Origin: Auanema rhodensis
Taxonomy: Eukaryota; Animalia; Nematoda
DNA: 64,000 nucleotides
Assembly: GCA_964057225.1 (NCBI GenBank)
Contig: OZ059895.1
Span: 21,886,001 to 21,950,000 of the forward strand
Direction: 5' to 3'
The notes under the pieces were generated by a model. The model had not been told where the DNA came from and ran no database searches. It saw only the letters and a program-made list of their open reading frames with translations. The position numbers were made by a program, and so were the translations under genes. Position 1 is the stretch's first letter. Each line of letters opens with the position of its first letter. Positions 54,729 through 64,000 of this stretch are shown one piece after another.

Positions 54729-57700
54729 TTAAGCGTTTCTCAATGTAGTATAGTGCATTCGATGCGGATTTTTAAGCTGCGTCGATCTGTGTTATCAGAT
54801 TTGCGCTAGCTTAAAAATGCACCGAGATATCAACTGATATAAGTTCACACTTATATCCTCGATTTTCACCCTGAAGAATTAATTTTTTCGTTGAATAACA
54901 ATGTCCATCGTCTTCGCCTTGAAAAAAGGAATCTAAAAACATCTACTTTTTGCTAAATTATTTTGAAATTTTTCGAAAAAATTTTTGTCAAAATGTTTTT
55001 GGAAGCAATGTTGAGTGTACATGAAAACTCAACATACACTAATGCATCATTTTTCAAACGATCATAACTAATTTTTGTATTAAGCGTTTCTCAATGTAGT
55101 ATAGTGCATTCGATGCGGATTTTTAAGCTGCGTCGATCTGTGTTATCAGATTTGCGCTAGCTTAAAAATGCACCGAGATATCAACTGATATAAGTTTACA
55201 CTTATATCCTCGATTTTCACCCTGAAGAATTAATTTTTTCGTTGAATAACAATGTCCATCGTCTTCGCCTTGAAAAAAGGAATCTAAAAACATCTACTTT
55301 TTGCTAAATTATTCTGAAATTTTTCGAAAAAATTTTTGTCAAAATGTTTTTGGAAGCAATGTTGAGTGTACATGGAAACTCAACATACACTAATGCATCA
55401 TTTTTCAAACGATCATAACTAATTTTTGTATTAAGCGTTTCTCAATGTAGTATAGTGCATTCGATGCGGATTTTTAAGCTGCGTCGATCTGTGTTATCAG
55501 ATTTGCGCTAGCTTAAAAATGCACCGAGATATCAACTGATATAAGTTCACACTTATATCCTCGATTTTCACCCTGAAGAATTAATTTTTTCGTTGAATAA
55601 CATTGTCCATCGTCTTTGCCTTGAAAAAAAAAATCTGAAAACATCTACTTTTTGCTAAATTATTTTGAAATTTTTCGAAAAAATTTTTGTCAAAATGTTT
55701 TTGGAAGCAATGTTGAGTGTACATGGAAACTCAACATACACTAATGCATCATTTTTCAAACGATCATAACTAATTTTTGTATTAAGCGTTTCTCAATGTA
55801 GTATAGTGCATTCGATGCGGATTTTTAAGCTGCGTCGATCTGTGTTATCAGATTTGCGCTAGCTTAAAAATGCACCGAGATATCAACTGATATAAGTTCA
55901 CACTTATATCCTCGATTTTCACCCTGAAGAATTAATTTTTTCGTTGAATAACAATGTCCATCGTCTTCGCCTTGAAAAAAGGAATCTAAAAACATCTACT
56001 TTTCGCTAAATTATTTTGAAATTTTTCGAAAAAATTTTTGTCAAAATGTTTTTGGAAGCAATGTTGAGTGTACATGGAAACTCAACATACACTAATGCAT
56101 CATTTTTCAAACGATCATAACTAATTTTTGTATTAAGCGTTTCTCAATGTAGTATAGTGAATTCGATGCGGATTTTCAAGCTGCGTCGATCTGTGTTATC
56201 AGATTTGCGCTAGCTTAAAAATGCACCGAGATATCAACTGATATAAGTTCACACTTATATCCTCGATTTTCACCCTGAAGAATTAATTTTTTCGTTGAAT
56301 AACATTGTCCATCGTCTTTGCCTTGAAAAAAAAAATCTGAAAACATCTACTTTTTGCTAAATTATTTTGAAATTTTTCGAAAAAATTTTTGTCAAAATGT
56401 TTTTGGAAGCAATGTTGAGTGTACATGGAAACTCAACATACACTAATGCATCATTTTTCAAACGATCATAACTAATTTTTGTATTAAGCGTTTCTCAATG
56501 TAGTATAGTGCATTCGATGCGGATTTTTAAGCTGCGTCGATCTGTGTTATCAGATTTGCGCTAGCTTAAAAATGCACCGAGATATCAACTGATATAAGTT
56601 CACACTTATATCCTCGATTTTCACCCTGAAGAATTAATTTTTTCGTTGAATAACAATGTCCATCGTCTTTGCCTTGAAAAAAGGAATCTAAAAACATCTA
56701 CTTTTTGCTAAATTATTCTGAAATTTTTCGAAAAAATTTTTGTCAAAATGTTTTTGGAAGCAATGTTGAGTGTACATGGAAACTCAACATACACTAATGC
56801 ATCATTTTTCAAACGATCATAACTAATTTTTGTATTAAGCGTTTCTCAATGTAGTATAGTGCATTCGATGCGGATTTTTAAGCTGCGTCGATCTGTGTTA
56901 TCAGATTTGCGCTAGCTTAAAAATGCACCGAGATATCAACTGATATAAGTTCACACTTATATCCTCGATTTTCACCCTGAAGAATTAATTTTTTCGTTGA
57001 ATAACATTGTCCATCGTCTTTGCCTTGAAAAAAAAAATCTGAAAACATCTACTTTTTGCTAAATTATTTTGAAATTTTTCGAAAAAATTTTTGTCAAAAT
57101 GTTTTTGGAAGCAATGTTGAGTGTACATGGAAACTCAACATACACTAATGCATCATTTTTCAAACGATCATAACTAATTTTTGTATTAAGCGTTTCTCAA
57201 TGTAGTATAGTGAATTCGATGCGGATTTTTAAGCTGCGTCGATCTGTGTTATCAGATTTGCGCTAGCTTAAAAATGCACCGAGATATCAACTGATATAAG
57301 TTCACACTTATATCCTCGATTTTCACCCTGAAGAATTAATTTTTTCGTTGAATAACATTGTCCATCGTCTTTGCCTTGAAAAAAAAAATCTGAAAACATC
57401 TACTTTTTGCTAAATTATTTTGAAATTTTTCGAAAAAATTTTTGTCAAAATGTTTTTGGAAGCAATGTTGAGTGTACATGGAAACTCAACATACACTAAT
57501 GCATCATTTTTCAAACGATCATAACTAATTTTTGTATTAAGCGTTTCTCAATGTAGTATAGTGCATTCGATGCGGATTTTTAAGCTGCGTCGATCTGTGT
57601 TATCAGATTTGCGCTAGCTTAAAAATGCACCGAGATATCAACTGATATAAGTTCACACTTATATCCTCGATTTTCACCCTGAAGAATTAATTTTTTCGTT

Positions 57701-60344
57701 GAATAACAATGTCCATCGTCTTTGCCTTGAAAAAAGGAATCTAAAAACATCTACTTTTTGCTAAATTATTCTGAAATTTTTCGAAAAAATTTTTGTCAAA
57801 ATGTTTTTGGAAGCAATGTTGAGTGTACATGGAAACTCAACATACACTAATGCATCATTTTTCAAACGATCATAACTAATTTTTGTATTAAGCGTTTCTC
57901 AATGTAGTATAGTGCATTCGATGCGGATTTTTAAGCTGCGTCGATCTGTGTTATCAGATTTGCGCTAGCTTAAAAATGCACCGAGATATCAACTGATATA
58001 AGTTCACACTTATATCCTCGATTTTCACCCTGAAGAATTAATTTTTTCGTTGAATAACAATGTCCATCGTCTTTGCCTTGAAAAAAGGAATCTAAAAACA
58101 TCTACTTTTTGCTAAATTATTCTGAAATTTTTCGAAAAAATTTTTGTCAAAATGTTTTTGGAAGCAATGTTGAGTGTACATGGAAACTCAACATACACTA
58201 ATGCATCATTTTTCAAACGATCATAACTAATTTTTGTATTAAGCGTTTCTCAATGTAGTATAGTGCATTCGATGCGGATTTTTAAGCTGCGTCGATCTGT
58301 GTTATCAGATTTGCGCTAGCTTAAAAATGCACCGAGATATCAACTGATATAAGTTCACACTTATATCCTCAATTTTCACCCTGAAGAATTAATTTTTTCG
58401 TTGAATAACAATGTCCATCGTCTTCGCCTTGAAAAAAGGAATCTAAAAACATCTACTTTTTGCTAAATTATTTTGAAATTTTTCGAAAAAATTTTTGTCA
58501 AAATGTTTTTGGAAGCAATGTTGAGTGTACATGAAAACTCAACATACACTAATGCATCATTTTTCAAACGATCATAACTAATTTTTGTATTAAGCGTTTC
58601 TCAATGTAGTATAGTGCATTCGATGCGGATTTTTAAGCTGCGTCGATCTGTGTTATCAGATTTGCGCTAGCTTAAAAATGCACCGAGATATCAACTGATA
58701 TAAGTTTACACTTATATCCTCGATTTTCACCCTGAAGAATTAATTTTTTCGTTGAATAACAATGTCCATCGTCTTCGCCTTGAAAAAAGGAATCTAAAAA
58801 CATCTACTTTTTGCTAAATTATTCTGAAATTTTTCGAAAAAATTTTTGTCAAAATGTTTTTGGAAGCAATGTTGAGTGTACATGGAAACTCAACATACAC
58901 TAATGCATCATTTTTCAAACGATCATAACTAATTTTTGTATTAAGCGTTTCTCAATGTAGTATAGTGCATTCGATGCGAATTTTTAAGCTGCGTCGATCT
59001 GTGTTATCAGATTTGCGCTAGCTTAAAAATGCACCGAGATATCAACTGATATAAGTTCACACTTATATCCTCGATTTTCACCCTGAAGAATTAATTTTTT
59101 CGTTGAATAACATTGTCCATCGTCTTTGCCTTGAAAAAAAAAATCTGAAAACATCTACTTTTTGCTAAATTATTTTGAAATTTTTCGAAAAAATTTTTGT
59201 CAAAATGTTTTTGGAAGCAATGTTGAGTGTACATGGAAACTCAACATACACTAATGCATCATTTTTCAAACGATCATAACTAATTTTTGTATTAAGCGTT
59301 TCTCAATGTAGTATAGTGCATTCGATGCGGATTTTTAAGCTGCGTCGATCTGTGTTATCAGATTTGCGCTAGCTTAAAAATGCACCGAGATATCAACTGA
59401 TATAAGTTCACACTTATATCCTCGATTTTCACCCTGAAGAATTAATTTTTTCGTTGAATAACAATGTCCATCGTCTTCGCCTTGAAAAAAGGAATCTAAA
59501 AACATCTACTTTTCGCTAAATTATTTTGAAATTTTTCGAAAAAATTTTTGTCAAAATGTTTTTGGAAGCAATGTTGAGTGTACATGGAAACTCAACATAC
59601 ACTAATGCATCATTTTTCAAACGATCATAACTAATTTTTGTATTAAGCGTTTCTCAATGTAGTATAGTGAATTCGATGCGGATTTTCAAGCTGCGTCGAT
59701 CTGTGTTATCAGATTTGCGCTAGCTTAAAAATGCACCGAGATATCAACTGATATAAGTTCACACTTATATCCTCGATTTTCACCCTGAAGAATTAATTTT
59801 TTCGTTGAATAACATTGTCCATCGTCTTTGCCTTGAAAAAAAAAATCTGAAAACATCTACTTTTTGCTAAATTATTTTGAAATTTTTCGAAAAAATTTTT
59901 GTCAAAATGTTTTTGGAAGCAATGTTGAGTGTACATGGAAACTCAACATACACTAATGCATCATTTTTCAAACGATCATAACTAATTTTTGTATTAAGCG
60001 TTTCTCAATGTAGTATAGTGCATTCGATGCGGATTTTTAAGCTGCGTCGATCTGTGTTATCAGATTTGCGCTAGCTTAAAAATGCACCGAGATATCAACT
60101 GATATAAGTTCACACTTATATCCTCGATTTTCACCCTGAAGAATTAATTTTTTCGTTGAATAACAATGTCCATCGTCTTTGCCTTGAAAAAAGGAATCTA
60201 AAAACATCTACTTTTTGCTAAATTATTCTGAAATTTTTCGAAAAAATTTTTGTCAAAATGTTTTTGGAAGCAATGTTGAGTGTACATGGAAACTCAACAT
60301 ACACTAATGCATCATTTTTCAAACGATCATAACTAATTTTTGTA
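54729..60344 (+). repeat. 10-monomer (3510-bp) higher-order unit, about 1.6 copies
   Basis: D(A296)-D(T118,C235)-A-B-A(EcoRI,C45)-C at 54729 and 58239. Confidence 0.85.
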
Positions 60345-63300
60345 TTAAGCGTTTCTCAATGTAGTATAGTGCATTCGATGCGGATTTTTAAGCTGCGTCG
60401 ATCTGTGTTATCAGATTTGCGCTAGCTTAAAAATGCACCGAGATATCAACTGATATAAGTTCACACTTATATCCTCGATTTTCACCCTGAAGAATTAATT
60501 TTTTCGTTGAATAACAATGTCCATCGTCTTCGCCTTGAAAAAAGGAATCTAAAAACATCTACTTTTCGCTAAATTATTTTGAAATTTTTCGAAAAAATTT
60601 TTGTCAAAATGTTTTTGGAAGCAATGTTGAGTGTACATGGAAACTCAACATACACTAATGCATCATTTTTCAAACGATCATAACTAATTTTTGTATTAAG
60701 CGTTTCTCAATGTAGTATAGTGAATTCGATGCGGATTTTTAAGCTGCGTCGATCTGTGTTATCAGATTTGCGCTAGCTTAAAAATGCACCGAGATATCAA
60801 CTGATATAAGTTCACACTTATATCCTCGATTTTCACCCTGAAGAATTAATTTTTTCGTTGAATAACAATGTCCATCGTCTTCGCCTTGAAAAAAGGAATC
60901 TAAAAACATCTACTTTTTGCTGAATTATTTTGAAATTTTTCGAAAAAATTTTTGTCAAAATGTTTTTGGAAGCAATGTTGAGTGTACATGGAAACTCAAC
61001 ATACACTAATGCATCATTTTTCAAACGATCATAACTAATTTTTGTATTAAGCGTTTCTCAATGTAGTATAGTGCATTCGATGCGGATTTTTAAGCTGCGT
61101 CGATCTGTGTTATCAGATTTGCGCTAGCTTAAAAATGCACCGAGATATCAACTGATATAAGTTCACACTTATATCCTCGATTTTCACCCTGAAGAATTAA
61201 TTTTTTCGTTGAATAACAATGTCCATCGTCTTCGCCTTGAAAAAAGGAATCTAAAAACATCTACTTTTTGCTGAATTATTTTGAAATTTTTCGAAAAAAT
61301 TTTTGTCAAAATGTTTTTGGAAGCAATGTTGAGTGTACATGGAAACTCAACATACACTAATGCATCATTTTTCAAACGATCATAACTAATTTTTGTATTA
61401 AGCGTTTCTCAATGTAGTATAGTGCATTCGATGCGGATTTTTAAGCTGCGTCGATCTGTGTTATCAGATTTGCGCTAGCTTAAAAATGCACCGAGATATC
61501 AACTGATATAAGTTCACACTTATATCCTCGATTTTCACCCTGAAGAATTAATTTTTTCGTTGAATAACAATGTCCATCGTCTTCGCCTTGAAAAAAGGAA
61601 TCTAAAAACATCTACTTTTCGCTAAATTATTTTGAAATTTTTCGAAAAAATTTTTGTCAAAATGTTTTTGGAAGCAATGTTGAGTGTACATGGAAACTCA
61701 ACATACACTAATGCATCATTTTTCAAACGATCATAACTAATTTTTGTATTAAGCGTTTCTCAATGTAGTATAGTGCATTCGATGCGGATTTTTAAGCTGC
61801 GTCGATCTGTGTTATCAGATTTGCGCTAGCTTAAAAATGCACCGAGATATCAACTGATATAAGTTCACACTTATATCCTCGATTTTCACCCTGAAGAATT
61901 AATTTTTTCGTTGAATAACAATGTCCATCGTCTTTGCCTTGAAAAAAGGAATCTAAAAACATCTACTTTTTGCTAAATTATTCTGAAATTTTTCGAAAAA
62001 ATTTTTGTCAAAATGTTTTTGGAAGCAATGTTGAGTGTACATGGAAACTCAACATACACTAATGCATCATTTTTCAAACGATCATAACTAATTTTTGTAT
62101 TAAGCGTTTCTCAATGTAGTATAGTGCATTCGATGCGGATTTTTAAGCTGCGTCGATCTGTGTTATCAGATTTGCGCTAGCTTAAAAATGCACCGAGATA
62201 TCAACTGATATAAGTTCACACTTATATCCTCGATTTTCACCCTGAAGAATTAATTTTTTCGTTGAATAACATTGTCCATCGTCTTTGCCTTGAAAAAAAA
62301 AATCTGAAAACATCTACTTTTTGCTAAATTATTTTGAAATTTTTCGAAAAAATTTTTGTCAAAATGTTTTTGGAAGCAATGTTGAGTGTACATGGAAACT
62401 CAACATACACTAATGCATCATTTTTCAAACGATCATAACTAATTTTTGTATTAAGCGTTTCTCAATGTAGTATAGTGCATTCGATGCGGATTTTTAAGCT
62501 GCGTCGATCTGTGTTATCAGATTTGCGCTAGCTTAAAAATGCACCGAGATATCAACTGATATAAGTTCACACTTATATCCTCGATTTTCACCCTGAAGAA
62601 TTAATTTTTTCGTTGAATAACAATGTCCATCGTCTTCGCCTTGAAAAAAGGAATCTAAAAACATCTACTTTTCGCTAAATTATTTTGAAATTTTTCGAAA
62701 AAATTTTTGTCAAAATGTTTTTGGAAGCAATGTTGAGTGTACATGGAAACTCAACATACACTAATGCATCATTTTTCAAACGATCATAACTAATTTTTGT
62801 ATTAAGCGTTTCTCAATGTAGTATAGTGAATTCGATGCGGATTTTTAAGCTGCGTCGATCTGTGTTATCAGATTTGCGCTAGCTTAAAAATGCACCGAGA
62901 TATCAACTGATATAAGTTCACACTTATATCCTCGATTTTCACCCTGAAGAATTAATTTTTTCGTTGAATAACAATGTCCATCGTCTTCGCCTTGAAAAAA
63001 GGAATCTAAAAACATCTACTTTTCGCTAAATTATTTTGAAATTTTTCGAAAAAATTTTTGTCAAAATGTTTTTGGAAGCAATGTTGAGTGTACATGGAAA
63101 CTCAACATACACTAATGCATCATTTTTCAAACGATCATAACTAATTTTTGTATTAAGCGTTTCTCAATGTAGTATAGTGCATTCGATGCGGATTTTTAAG
63201 CTGCGTCGATCTGTGTTATCAGATTTGCGCTAGCTTAAAAATGCACCGAGATATCAACTGATATAAGTTCACACTTATATCCTCGATTTTCACCCTGAAG

Positions 63301-64000
63301 AATTAATTTTTTCGTTGAATAACAATGTCCATCGTCTTTGCCTTGAAAAAAGGAATCTAAAAACATCTACTTTTTGCTAAATTATTCTGAAATTTTTCGA
63401 AAAAATTTTTGTCAAAATGTTTTTGGAAGCAATGTTGAGTGTACATGGAAACTCAACATACACTAATGCATCATTTTTCAAACGATCATAACTAATTTTT
63501 GTATTAAGCGTTTCTCAATGTAGTATAGTGCATTCGATGCGGATTTTTAAGCTGCGTCGATCTGTGTTATCAGATTTGCGCTAGCTTAAAAATGCACCGA
63601 GATATCAACTGATATAAGTTCACACTTATATCCTCGATTTTCACCCTGAAGAATTAATTTTTTCGTTGAATAACATTGTCCATCGTCTTTGCCTTGAAAA
63701 AAAAAATCTGAAAACATCTACTTTTTGCTAAATTATTTTGAAATTTTTCGAAAAAATTTTTGTCAAAATGTTTTTGGAAGCAATGTTGAGTGTACATGGA
63801 AACTCAACATACACTAATGCATCATTTTTCAAACGATCATAACTAATTTTTGTATTAAGCGTTTCTCAATGTAGTATAGTGCATTCGATGCGGATTTTTA
63901 AGCTGCGTCGATCTGTGTTATCAGATTTGCGCTAGCTTAAAAATGCACCGAGATATCAACTGATATAAGTTCACACTTATATCCTCGATTTTCACCCTGA

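Larger units (their letters stand above)
1..64000. repeat. Satellite DNA array: 351-bp monomer, about 182.4 head-to-tail copies, very high identity between copies
   Basis: TTAAGCGTTTCTCAATG recurs at 1, 352, 703, 1054 ... 63855. The phase shifts only by -13 (monomers starting 8425 and 10167) and -1 (monomers starting 17876 and 23140): 63854+28=182x351. No non-repeat sequence was seen, and the array runs off both window ends. Confidence 0.99.

Noticed and set aside
1-64000. CRISPR array, or integron/attC-like cassette array
   Set aside because: There are no unique spacers or cassettes: the sequence between the hairpins is as conserved as the hairpins. No cas or integrase genes are present.

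Overview
The whole 64 kb window is one uninterrupted head-to-tail tandem array of a 351-bp, AT-rich monomer (about 31% GC by hand count). It holds 182 complete monomers plus a 146-bp partial one, all in the same orientation. I saw no insertions, inversions, genes, RNA genes or CRISPR spacers. The only length changes are two 13-bp deletions and two 1-bp deletions. This is eukaryotic-type satellite DNA, probably centromeric or pericentromeric heterochromatin. The lack of CpG depletion would fit an invertebrate host, but that is inference and I do not recognise the family. Monomers differ by only a few bases and fall into four haplotype classes (A-D), defined at monomer positions 173, 187, 200/201, 207, 223 and 235. 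Rarer marker SNPs reveal nested duplications of 2, 3, 5, 6 and 10/11 monomers, and blocks that recur about 18-41 kb apart. Each monomer carries four dyads (potential hairpins). Rare substitutions cluster at the GTATTAAGC motif at the monomer junction. The five 63-aa ORFs arise from one stop-removing SNP and are not credible genes. I find no evidence of a new protein-coding system; what is interesting here is the satellite architecture and its evolution. All monomer typing was done by eye and should be confirmed computationally.
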